A DNA stretch of 25,803 nucleotides from an uncultured bacterium. GTDB lineage: Bacteria > Krumholzibacteriota > Krumholzibacteriia > Krumholzibacteriales > Krumholzibacteriaceae. A program made the translations under genes and the position numbers. The notes beneath the pieces are model-generated. The model made no database searches. It was given only the letters and a program-made list of their open reading frames with translations, and was not told the origin of the DNA. The stretch's first letter is position 1; the number at the start of each line of letters is the position of its first letter. The stretch is from contig CBDUYR010000040.1 of NCBI GenBank assembly GCA_965371515.1, forward strand, positions 1-25,803, given 5' to 3'. Of the stretch, positions 1-9,300 are shown piece by piece.

Positions 1-933
1 GATCAGCTCCAGGGCGGCCGTCAGCCTCGCCGTACCCTCCGTGGCGGGCATGGCGGGGCGGTGGTTGAGTATCGTCAGCCGGCAGCTGCCGCCGCCGGTT
101 GTCCGGTCCTCGGTGAGGCGCCTTGCCTCGGAGACGAGCTTTTCGAAATAGATCTCCTCGTGCCACCTGAGATCGAAGAGGCAGTGCGCTTCGCCCGCGA
201 CGGTGCTCGGGCCGAGTCCTCCGCTGACCTGCCCGACATTGACCGTAACGTCGGGGAAGGCCCCGTTGAGCGACTCGAGGGCTATTACTGCGCCTGACAA
301 CTCCAGCACGGCGCTCGTCTTCTTCCCGTCACCCCTTCCGACGTGGTCTTGCTCCCCGGTGCAGTCGAGCCGGCCGCCGGCCTTACCGTTTCGTGATACG
401 ACGAGCTCTCCGTTCTCCCCGGCGCACTCGGCTGTGAGGCAGGCGGCGGCGCGCTCCCTCTCGCGTTCGTAGATCGCACGGGAGCCGGTCGAACCTGTCT
501 CCTCGTCGGCGCCGAGTATCATCGAGATGTTCATCGAATCGAGCACGCCGGCATGTCCCAGCGCCTCGAGGGCGAACACGATCACGGCCAGTCCGCCTTT
601 CATGTCACCCGTGCCGGGACCTGTAAGCCAATCGCCCTTCCGGCTGCACGACTGGAATGGATGGCCGGGGGGAAAGACGGTGTCGAGATGGCCGAGAAGG
701 TATACGGCCGGACCGTCACCGCCGCTTCTGAGGATATGATGGGTGCGCCCGGCTTCGTCCTCGACGGGTTCGTGCGTGCGGAAAAGAGAGCCCGCCCTCT
801 CGAGGATTATGCCGGCCACGCGCTGCACTCCATCGATGTTGTCGGTGTAGCTGTTGACGCAGCAGAGGTCTTCCACGAACCGGAGCTGGTCAACGGTCCC
901 GCGCTCGACGTGATCGAGTATCTCCTTCTGCAT
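1..933 (-). CDS. M20 family metallopeptidase (glutamate carboxypeptidase-like), 3' end outside window
   Basis: Not in the ORF track because it runs off the window. Translation from ATG at 933: MQKEILDHVERGTVDQLRFVEDLCCVNSYT...LLGHLDTVFPP...GPGTGDMKGGL...GADEETGS. GHxDTV, DMKGG and DEE are M20 metal-binding/catalytic motifs. Starts 4 nt after the aminomutase stop. Confidence 0.9.
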   Translation of the reverse strand, partial: MQKEILDHVERGTVDQLRFVEDLCCVNSYTDNIDGVQRVAGIILERAGSLFRTHEPVEDEAGRTHHILRSGGDGPAVYLLGHLDTVFPPGHPFQSCSRKGDWLTGPGTGDMKGGLAVIVFALEALGHAGVLDSMNISMILGADEETGSTGSRAIYERERERAAACLTAECAGENGELVVSRNGKAGGRLDCTGEQDHVGRGDGKKTSAVLELSGAVIALESLNGAFPDVTVNVGQVSGGLGPSTVAGEAHCLFDLRWHEEIYFEKLVSEARRLTEDRTTGGGSCRLTILNHRPAMPATEGTARLTAALELI

Positions 934-937
934 GGAT

Positions 938-2212
938 TTAATCATCGAGCAGCTCGTCTTCGTATTCGCATACATCGCCGGCCCAGGTTCTGAACAGGAG
1001 CTTTCCGTTGCGGTTGTAGTTGAGCAGATAGGTCGGTGACATCGGCGTCTTGCCCCTGCCCTCCGGGGCGGTGATTATGAATGTCGGTACGGCGAGCCCC
1101 GACGTGTACCCCCGGAGGTTCTCGATGATGTTGAGGCCGTCTGACACCGGCACCCTGAAGTGCCTTATTCCCTCGAGCTTCTTGCAGTTGAATATGTAGT
1201 ACGGCCGCACGCGGATGCGTACGAGCTCGTGGACCAGCTTCTTCATAACGTTCACGTCGTTGTTGATGCCGCGCAGCAGCACCGACTGGTTGCCGATGAC
1301 TACCCCGGCTCCGATCAGCCTGTCGACGGCGTCCTCGGCCTCCGGTGTGATCTCCATCGGATTATTGAACTGCGTGTTGAGGTAAACGGGCTTGTGACGG
1401 GCGAGCATGCCGCACAGCTCAGGCGTTACCCTCTGAGGCAGGGTTGCCAGCATGCGCGAGCCGAGCCTCTTTATCTCCACGTGTCCTATTTTGTCGAGTT
1501 CGCCGAGGATCCAGTCGAGATAGTCGTCCGGGAGGGCCAGTGCGTCACCGCCGGTGAGCAGGACGTCCCTGATCTCGGGCGATTCGGCGACGTAGTCAAG
1601 CGCGGCGCGAACGTCGTCCTTCGGATAGATCATGTCCTTCGACGATATGTCTTTCTTGCGCAGGCAGTGCCGGCAGAACATCGCGCAGATGTTCGTCACG
1701 TTGATTATAAGCCGGTCGGGGTAGAGGCGCGTTATCAGCGGTGCCGGCGAGTTGTACTTGATTGCGTAATGGTCCTCGGTCCCCCTCGCGATATATTCCT
1801 GGCTTGTCGGGATCGACTGCATGTATATCGGGCATGAGCGGTCGGAGGGATCGATCAGGCTGGCGTAGTAGGGGGAGACTGCCCAGCGACAGAGGCTGGC
1901 GGCCTTTTCGATCTCCGCGACCTCCTCATCGTTCAGGTCGAGGATCCGCGAAAGGGTTCCCGTGTCCTTGATGACGTTGCTGATGTGCCACCGGTGGTCG
2001 TTCCAGTCGTCGTCGGTGCCCCCGAGGACGTCGAGTATCCTCGCTTTACTCTTCTCTGTCCTCTCCCGGCGGTTAATGCCCGTCGGTATCGAGTCACGGA
2101 CGTCGAGGTATTCCATGATCCTGTTCTTTCGCTCGGTGGAACGCTCCCTTGCGATCTCCCGGTTTTCTTCCGGTATGTACATCGGCGATTTAGGATCCTT
2201 GACTACTGACAT
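938..2212 (-). CDS. eam: KamA-family radical SAM/PLP aminomutase, glutamate 2,3-aminomutase-like
   Basis: CAMFCRHC (CxxxCxxC), YPDR, LLTGGD, GNQSVLLRGIN, LRGYTSGLAVP and the PLP lysine in GRGKTP. The N-terminal extension, WAVSPYY and YYIFNCK (Lys where lysine aminomutase has Asp) fit the glutamate aminomutase branch. GGAG SD upstream. Substrate not certain. Confidence 0.85.
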   Translation of the reverse strand: MSVVKDPKSPMYIPEENREIARERSTERKNRIMEYLDVRDSIPTGINRRERTEKSKARILDVLGGTDDDWNDHRWHISNVIKDTGTLSRILDLNDEEVAEIEKAASLCRWAVSPYYASLIDPSDRSCPIYMQSIPTSQEYIARGTEDHYAIKYNSPAPLITRLYPDRLIINVTNICAMFCRHCLRKKDISSKDMIYPKDDVRAALDYVAESPEIRDVLLTGGDALALPDDYLDWILGELDKIGHVEIKRLGSRMLATLPQRVTPELCGMLARHKPVYLNTQFNNPMEITPEAEDAVDRLIGAGVVIGNQSVLLRGINNDVNVMKKLVHELVRIRVRPYYIFNCKKLEGIRHFRVPVSDGLNIIENLRGYTSGLAVPTFIITAPEGRGKTPMSPTYLLNYNRNGKLLFRTWAGDVCEYEDELLDD

Positions 2213-2245
2213 CGGTATCTCTCCGTATGGTGCCGGCCGTCGCTG

Positions 2246-3313
2246 CTATCTGGCCCCTGTCTTTATTTTTTTCCCATCTTTCTTTCCGTTCTTCTTCGCC
2301 TCTCTGTTCTGATTCCCGAAATATTCCGGCTCCTCGGTCGCGTAACGCTCGACAGCGACCTCGACTATACGGTCGATCAATTTGCCGTAGCTGAGGCCGC
2401 ACTTCGAGGCCGCGTAAACGAAAGATGATCCGGGGTTGAGGCTTGCCATCGAGTTGGCTTCGAGGATGAAAGGCCTGTTGAAGCGATCGAGCCTGAAATC
2501 GATACGGGCGAAATCGTGGATATTGAGCAGCTCGAAGGAGCGTACCGCCAGGTCCTGAATGTACTCGTAAGTCTCCTTCGGCAAGTCGGCGGGGCAGACC
2601 CTCTGTATCTTATTCTTCCGGCCTCTGGCAAACTTCGCGTCGTGAGTGTAGATCTCGTCGTCGAGAATCAGCTCGAGCACGGGAAAGGGCCGGGGTGGAT
2701 TGTTCCCGAGCACTCCGACGTTCACCTCTCGTCCCTCTATGAACTCCTCCACGATCACCGGCTGTTTGAACTCGTTCAGTATCCTGTCGACTGCCTTGTA
2801 AAGCGAATCATCGTCCCTGACGACCTTGAGACCGAAGCTCGCCGCTTCACCTCGGGGTTTGACGATGAGCGGGAATTCGAGGTTGCCCGCTCTCTGGTCG
2901 GGAGAGGAGAAGACCTGGTAGCCGGGTGTCGGCAGATTGTTCGCGGTGAATATCTGCTTCGCGACGACCTTGTCCAGGGCGAGTGTGTGGCCTATCGGGC
3001 TCGAACCGGTGTAAGGAAGACCGGCGAACTCCAGTATTGCCGGCACGTGCGTGTAGCGGGCCTTGCCCTGTATGCCGAGGGCCATGTTGAGTACGATGCC
3101 GTTGCTGCGCCTCTTCGATATCCTGGGAAGGAACTTGTTGATCTTCGACAGGAGGAACCTGTCACCGGCTACAAGCTCGACCTCGTGCCCCCGTTTCTCG
3201 AGTGCCGCGGCCGCGTGCTCTATCGTCTCCTGGGGGTACCATTCCCTGTTCTGGATACCGAAGACATTGATGATGCCCTTCGCGTCGGGGTTGTAGACTA
3301 TTGCAACCTTCAA
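2246..3313 (-). CDS. ATP-grasp amino acid ligase of the D-Ala-D-Ala ligase fold, non-canonical
   Basis: GLPYTGS, LDKVVAK, PLIVKP, EEFIEGRE, ARIDFR and ILEAN motifs. TTG start with GAGGTG SD 7 nt upstream. Lacks the N-terminal GGxSxE motif of true Ddl. Confidence 0.88.
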   Translation of the reverse strand: MKVAIVYNPDAKGIINVFGIQNREWYPQETIEHAAAALEKRGHEVELVAGDRFLLSKINKFLPRISKRRSNGIVLNMALGIQGKARYTHVPAILEFAGLPYTGSSPIGHTLALDKVVAKQIFTANNLPTPGYQVFSSPDQRAGNLEFPLIVKPRGEAASFGLKVVRDDDSLYKAVDRILNEFKQPVIVEEFIEGREVNVGVLGNNPPRPFPVLELILDDEIYTHDAKFARGRKNKIQRVCPADLPKETYEYIQDLAVRSFELLNIHDFARIDFRLDRFNRPFILEANSMASLNPGSSFVYAASKCGLSYGKLIDRIVEVAVERYATEEPEYFGNQNREAKKNGKKDGKKIKTGAR

Positions 3314-3644
3314 GTCCGATCACCTCAAACGGTGTTAAATGAGTCGGTTGTAAATGTCTATCCGGCAGGGATCCAGGTGGCGGGAATCTCCCGCAGCTGT
3401 CCGGCGAGGCGTATAATCTGTTGTCGTGCAAGCAAGTACGGGCTATTCATCCGCCCCGGTCCCGGCCGGGCGCATATAATGGTAACTCAACATAGCATAT
3501 ACGATGCCGAGAGGATGATCTGAGAGCCCCGGATGTCGCTTTCTCAAGACAGGTTCTCATTGACACCATACGGACCGCTGTGACAGCGTTTGCCGTGAGG
3601 GTGGTAAACGGGACCAGTTACATTCACGCAAATGAGGAGGGAAG

Positions 3645-3992
3645 ATGGAAAAGGGATCGTTTTCCTGGATCATGTTCGCCTTTGACGGGAGAGTGAACAG
3701 GACTGTCTACTGGATCTACAGCGTTGCTGTCCTGAACGTCGTTTACTGGGGGATATTTCTGCTCTTTACACTTATCGGCGGGGAGCAGGGCGCTAATATC
3801 GGCTATGTGGTCGGTATGCTCGTGACCATGTGGTCGGCACTGGCGATCGGCGTCAAGAGATGCCACGATCGAGGCAGGCCGGGCATCTTCGTCTTGCTGG
3901 CCTTTGTTCCTCTGGTGAATATCTGGTATATCATCGAGGTGGCATTCCTGCCTGGGACGGAGGGGGCCAATCAGTACGGGGACAAGCCCTGA
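3645..3992 (+). CDS. DUF805 inner membrane protein
   Basis: FDGRVNRxxYW, three hydrophobic segments, VKRCHDRG and PGTEGANQYG, all typical of DUF805. GAGGAGG SD. Confidence 0.9.
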   Translation: MEKGSFSWIMFAFDGRVNRTVYWIYSVAVLNVVYWGIFLLFTLIGGEQGANIGYVVGMLVTMWSALAIGVKRCHDRGRPGIFVLLAFVPLVNIWYIIEVAFLPGTEGANQYGDKP

Positions 3993-3996
3993 TCCC

Positions 3997-4025
3997 TTGC
4001 CAACCTCCGGGGCAGGCGGTATAGT
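3997..4025 (+). promoter_or_regulatory. sigma70-type promoter for pfk
   Basis: TTGCCA (3997-4002), 17 nt spacer, TATAGT (4020-4025). Confidence 0.6.
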
Positions 4026-4079
4026 GACCCGTGTCGATTTGTGGCGATGGGGAAGAGTCTCAGTGACAGGAGAGCCGGA

Positions 4080-5393
4080 ATGCCGACAGGGAAAGACTTA
4101 GAGATCACAGGTCTGGGCCCGTGCGAGATCGATTCGCCGCTTCACAGGTTCCGTTACCCGGACGGCCGCACCTTCTCATTCACCGATGACAGCGAACGTA
4201 TACTCGTCGATCATCGCGTTGCCTCACTTTCCGGGGATGCTGGCGAAGCGGACGGTTTCGCGTCGCTCGAACGCGCCGGGGCGCGGAAAAAGATCTTTTT
4301 CGATCCCGCCCGGACCACTGTCGGCATCGTCACCTGCGGAGGGCTCTGTCCGGGGCTGAACAATGTGATCCGTGACATCGTCATGACCGCCAGTCTCCGC
4401 TACGGCGTGCGCCGCGTACTCGGATTTCTCTACGGCTACCGGGGACTGACAGGGAAAGATTCGCATGTCGAGCTGACTCCCGAAGGAGTGAGTGAGATTC
4501 ACGAGCTGGGCGGGACAATACTCGGCTCGTCACGAGGGTCACAGGATGTGGGCGAGATGGTCGACAGGCTCGTAGAGCTCGAGGTCAATATCCTGTTTGT
4601 CCTCGGCGGCGACGGGACGATGAGGGGCGCGCTCGCACTTACCGACGAGATAAAGAAGCGGAATCTCGAGATCTCCGTCGTCGGGATCCCCAAGACGATA
4701 GACAATGATTTCAGGTTCATGGACCGGAGTTTCGGATTCCTCACCGCGTATTCCAAGGCGATCGAGGCGATTGACTCGGCGCACAGGGAAGCTCAGGCCG
4801 CTCCGAACGGCATCGGCCTGGTGAAGCTGATGGGACGCCACTCCGGCTTCATCGCCTGTGCCGCGACCCTCGCGTCGAACCAGGTGAACTTTGTGCTGAT
4901 CCCCGAGGTGTCCTTCGAGCTCGATGGTCCCAATGGGTTCCTCGAGGTGCTGCGGAAGCGTCTCGAACTCCGCGATCATGCGGTGATCGTCGTCGCCGAG
5001 GGAGCGGGGCAGGAGCTCTTTGGAGAGGACGGGCAGTGTGACGCTTCGGGCAATATCGCGATGGGAGACATCGGGGAGCTGCTTGCCCGGCGGATAAAGG
5101 ATAAATTCAGGGAGGACGGAACGGAGATAATCCTGAAGTATATCGATCCGAGCTACATCATACGGAGCATCAAGGCCAGCCCCCCCGACAGTGTCCTGTG
5201 TACAGGCCTCGCCATAAATGCCGTCCACGCGGCGATGTGTGGAAAGACCGGAATGGTCATAGCTTTGTGGCACAGCGCTCTGGTCCACGTTCCGATGCAC
5301 GCGGCGATTCAGGAACGCAATGTCGTCGATCCGGAAAGCGCGTACTGGCTGAGTGTTCTGAGCACGACCGGCCAGCCGGTGGCGTTCTTCTAA
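4080..5393 (+). CDS. pfkA: ATP-dependent 6-phosphofructokinase (long, group X type)
   Basis: VTCGGLCPGLN, GGTILGSSRG, GGDGT (Gly suggests ATP rather than PPi), IPKTIDND, LMGRHSGFIA, KYIDPSY. ATG 4080 follows an AGGAG SD. Confidence 0.93.
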   Translation: MPTGKDLEITGLGPCEIDSPLHRFRYPDGRTFSFTDDSERILVDHRVASLSGDAGEADGFASLERAGARKKIFFDPARTTVGIVTCGGLCPGLNNVIRDIVMTASLRYGVRRVLGFLYGYRGLTGKDSHVELTPEGVSEIHELGGTILGSSRGSQDVGEMVDRLVELEVNILFVLGGDGTMRGALALTDEIKKRNLEISVVGIPKTIDNDFRFMDRSFGFLTAYSKAIEAIDSAHREAQAAPNGIGLVKLMGRHSGFIACAATLASNQVNFVLIPEVSFELDGPNGFLEVLRKRLELRDHAVIVVAEGAGQELFGEDGQCDASGNIAMGDIGELLARRIKDKFREDGTEIILKYIDPSYIIRSIKASPPDSVLCTGLAINAVHAAMCGKTGMVIALWHSALVHVPMHAAIQERNVVDPESAYWLSVLSTTGQPVAFF

Positions 5394-5472
5394 CATCCGG
5401 GCTGAGCGGCTGTTACAGGCAGAATCAGGCATTCGCGAAAGCGAGAATAATCCAGATTACGGTATTATTATC

Positions 5473-5500
5473 TTGCGTTTGGCCCGAATAGTGCTATTTT
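5473..5500 (+). promoter_or_regulatory. Putative promoter for the RRM gene
   Basis: TTGCGT (5473-5478), 16 nt spacer, extended -10 TGcTATTTT (5492-5500). Confidence 0.4.
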
Positions 5501-5666
5501 CCCCGCGTGACAGATGGTTTGGGAGCGAAAATAATAAGCGATTCAGATAAAGACGGTAGACAGAGCCTGCCTTATTGATCTTCTCCATTATCGGCTTCAC
5601 TTGATTCCTCTCCAAAAAAACTGTTCGTGATATTTTTTGCTGATTTGAGACCATTAGGAGGTCAAG

Positions 5667-5957
5667 ATGAAGATTTATGTAGGAAACCTTTCGTTTGATA
5701 CCAGTGAGAGCGATCTTCGCACCGCTTTCGAGGCCCACGGGACCGTGGACTCGGTAGCTATAATCTCGGACAAGTACACCGGCCGCTCCAAGGGCTTCGG
5801 TTTTATCGAGATGAACAATGACGAAGAGGCCAAGACCGCAATGGGTGACCTTCACGAGAAGGAACTCGACGGCCGCAAGCTGAACGTCAACGAAGCGCGT
5901 CCCCGCGAGGACAATCGCGGTGGCGGCGGTGGCGGCGGCGGTGGCGGCAGGTACTAA
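5667..5957 (+). CDS. RRM-domain RNA-binding protein with Gly-rich tail (Rbp family)
   Basis: RNP2 IYVGNL, RNP1 KGFGFIEM, LNVNEARPR and a poly-Gly tail. AGGAGG SD. Confidence 0.95.
   Translation: MKIYVGNLSFDTSESDLRTAFEAHGTVDSVAIISDKYTGRSKGFGFIEMNNDEEAKTAMGDLHEKELDGRKLNVNEARPREDNRGGGGGGGGGGRY
5919..5948 (+). repeat. (GGY)10 codon repeat encoding poly-Gly
   Basis: ggtggcggcggtggcggcggcggtggcggc. Confidence 0.85.
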
Positions 5958-6022
5958 TAGCCTGATCGCACACTGAGGTCAATACGGGTCGCAGGCAGGG
6001 CGCCCGGACGATCATAAAGACA

Positions 6023-6059
6023 GAGGGGAGCCGGAATCCGGCTCCCCTCGTTGTATTTT
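6023..6059 (+). terminator. Rho-independent terminator after the RRM gene
   Basis: Perfect 12-bp stem gaggggagccgg-aat-ccggctcccctc followed by gttgtatttt. Confidence 0.85.
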
Positions 6060-6112
6060 CAGTCAACTCCGGCGCATGATATCCCCGATGCTTATTGAGA
6101 TTGATTCTTATC

Positions 6113-6141
6113 TTGATTCTCGCCGTAAGACATTGTATAAT
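6113..6141 (+). promoter_or_regulatory. sigma70-type promoter for the M6 protease gene
   Basis: TTGATT (6113-6118), 17 nt spacer, perfect TATAAT (6136-6141). Confidence 0.7.
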
Positions 6142-6345
6142 TACCTATAAGAAAGCCCGGTATTTATGCCGGGCATTCGTTAGTTCTGGAGGTAGTAGTT
6201 AGTTTCTGAACATATGGTGTTCCCGCCCGAACTTCCGGGGTCTCGCAAAACAGACAATTCAGGGTCGTAGCTGACAGGCAACATCGGGATCACAACAGAC
6301 TGTGACGTTTATTACGTGTCATCTGCTGATATAAAGGAGACATTT

Positions 6346-9300
6346 ATGCGCCCGGAGAATACCCATTCCCGCAATCTCGCACAAAGCAAGGTTCGAGCCC
6401 GTGTTATCGACAGAAAGACCGGTCTGATCATACTGGCGGGCGCCCTGATGCTGCTCGCCGCAGCCATTCTGGTGCTGTCTCCGGGGACGGCGTGGGGTGT
6501 GAGTGCCTCGCCCGAACCGATTATCGTCAGTCAGCCGGGCGGCTCGACGATCACTCTCTATCTTAAGGGTGATGAGTACTTCCACTGGAACGAGGACGCG
6601 ACGGGATTCCCCGTCGTCCGTTCGGCCGACGGCAGGTCCTGGGTATACGCGATCGAACAGCTCGGCCAGCTCGTGCCATCGAGCGTCATGGCCGGCAGCG
6701 TAAACCCTCTGCTCGCCGGGCTGCCGAAGCCGGACATTCAGCATCTGCGCAGCGAGGCCCTGAAGACCTCGCGCCCCATGCTCGAGTCTCAGGCGGACAT
6801 CCAGAGGGCGCCGATGGCCTCGACGATGTACAACCTCGTCCTCCTGGTCGACTTCACCGACCTTACGGTCACAAAAACGACGCAGGAATTCGACGACCTG
6901 TTCAACCAGGTCGGCTACTCGGCCGACGGCGCGACCGGATCGGTCAAGGACTACTATGACGAGACCTCGTACAGCCAGCTCGACGTAGTATCGACGGTCG
7001 TCGAGCCGGTGACGATCAGCCAGGGCTATGCATACTACGGCCGCAACTCAGGCGGCTTCGACATCAGGCCTCGCGAGATGGTCGCCGAGGCGCTCGCCGC
7101 CCTCGAGGCGCGCGGCTTTGACTTCAGCTCGGTAGACGGCGACGGCGACGGCTGGATCGACGGACTGACGGTCATCCACGCCGGCGGGGGAGAGGAATAC
7201 TCAGGCAACGACCCCGACTATATCTGGTCGCACCAGTGGGCGCTTATCAGCACGGTTGTCTACGATGGTACGAGCATACGTCCGTACCACACAGAGCCGG
7301 CCCGAAGGGGTTGGGATTCGACCCCTTCATCGTGGGGTATCACTAGGATCGGCGTTATCTGTCACGAGACGGGGCATTTCCTCGGCCTTCCCGACCTCTA
7401 CGACTACGGCTACGACAGCCGCGGCGTGGGTTATTTCTGCCTCATGGCGGGAGGGTCCTGGGGCAACGGCGGCGCCACGCCTGTTCATTTCAGCGCCTGG
7501 TGCAAGACGGATCTCGGCTGGGTGACGCCGACTGATATCACCCTCGGTGGTCCGTACATGATCTCGCAGGTCGAAACGAACCAGGAAATTTACAAACTGC
7601 AGGGCCCGTTCGCCAGCACCGAGTACTTCCTCGTCGAAAACCGCCAGGGCGTGGGTTTCGACGTCTCGCTGCCCGGCACGGAGCGAGGCATTGTCATATA
7701 CCATGTCGATGAGACCCAATCGACCAATAATGACCAGACTCACTACCTCGTTGACGTCGAGGAGGCGAGCGGCACACAGCATCTTGAGCTCAACCTGAAC
7801 TCGGGGGAGGATTCGGACTACTACAGGTCGACCAATGTGACCGAGTTCACCGGGCTGACGACACCGGACAACCTCAGCTATGGCGGCACACCGCTAGGCC
7901 TCGATATCCGCATGGTCAGCGAGTCCGGCTCGATGATGTCGTTTGTCGTCAACGGGATGACGATCTCCATCACCGCACCGACGCCCGCCGAGGTGGTCGA
8001 CGTCGATGACGTCTACCGTGTCGAGTGGACTGTAAGCGGCGACACGCCCGATTCGGTGAGCATCGTACTGAGCATAGACGGCGGAACGACATGGCCAGAC
8101 ACGGTAGCGACAGGTATCGCCGTGCTCAATTACTACGACTGGACGGTTCCGAACCTTCCTGTCCCGACGGCACGTCTCAAGGTCGTGGCATACATTGCCG
8201 ACGCGGTCGCAGGTTTCGATGAGATGGACGGCGACTTCACGATACAGGGCGCTCCCTACAGGTACGTCTCCACGGCCGGCGGGAATATCTATCCCTACTC
8301 GCTGCCCGCCTGGGCCGCCCACACGATCGAGGACGCGGTCGGCGCGGCGGTCGCGGGCGACTCGATCATGGTCGCGGCCGACATCTATCTTGAGAAGGTC
8401 AGCGTCGACAGGGACGTCTACCTGATGGGTGGATGGGACTCGGGATTCACATCACGTGATCCCCAGACGAACGTCACGACGATACAGGCGATCGGCAGCA
8501 CTGTCTCGTTCATCTCGATCGGATCCGGATCGCCGGGTATCGAGGGATTCACGATAACGGGCGGCACAGGGACATCTGCCCTGATGCCTCTCAACGGGAT
8601 ATACGGCGGCGGCGTGTTCGTCTACGGCTCGCCCGCGATCATCAAGGACAATGTTATCACGTCGAACGGATACACAAGCACGACCGGTTTCAGCGGCGGC
8701 GGCGGGATTGCCTGCTATGACGGCACCGTCACGATAGATGGCAACGAGATCTCCGACTGCATCGCGCAGAGCGGCGGCGGCATCTACCTCTACCAGGTCA
8801 CAGCGACGATCACCGGCAACACGATCTCCGGCGCCTCGCCAAATGCCTTGTACGGCGGCGAGAAGAAGGGCGGCGGTATCTACGCGCTGCATTCGAACGT
8901 GACGATGTCCGGCAACGTGATATCGGGCAATACCGGTTATGCCGAAGGCGGAGGTATCTACGTGAACCTTACCCCGCTCGCGGCGAGCGGCGACTCGATA
9001 TACAACAACGACGTCACGAACAGGGGCGGCGGTATCTACGCGTTGCACTCGGCGCTGTCAATGACGCATGGGTACATTCAGGGCAACACCGCCTCATCGT
9101 TTGGCGGCGGCATCTACCACAAGGCCGCGCAGCTCGACATTGCAAACTCTATCGTTGCGCAGAACGGCGCCGGCTCGATCGGCGGCGGCGTCTACGCCGA
9201 CAGCACCTGGGGAGACTGGACGAACAACACATTCGACCGCAACACGGCGAGCATCGCCGGCGGGAACACGTTACTCTCTGCGGCGGCGCCTTTGGACGTG

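Noticed and set aside
61..993. Several short plus-strand ORFs in the track
   Set aside because: They lie antisense to the M20 peptidase gene and have no recognisable motifs.
938..2212. EF-P beta-lysylation (EpmB) or lysine fermentation KamA
   Set aside because: Both Asp residues for lysine recognition are missing, and no efp/epmA or kam/abl neighbours are visible.
2516..3523. 335-aa plus-strand ORF (also 1160-1837)
   Set aside because: Antisense shadows of the ATP-grasp and aminomutase genes, expected in high-GC DNA.
3560..3590. Perfect TTGACA upstream of DUF805
   Set aside because: No acceptable -10 hexamer at 16-18 nt spacing.
4539..5432. 297-aa minus-strand ORF
   Set aside because: Antisense shadow of pfkA with no motifs.
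6214..6270. 18-codon uORF MVFPPELPGSRKTDNSGS in the M6 leader
   Set aside because: The nearest SD (GGAGGT, 6188-6193) is 20 nt away and there is no attenuator-like codon bias.
6210..6295. Possible c-di-GMP-I riboswitch suggested by CGCAAAAC
   Set aside because: The GGCAAAC...GAAA P2 stem and the conserved P3 features are absent.
8590..9200. Periodic GGCGGC repeats as a CRISPR or non-coding array
   Set aside because: They are in-frame GGG(I/V)Y beta-helix codons with variable sequence and spacing, and there are no cas genes.
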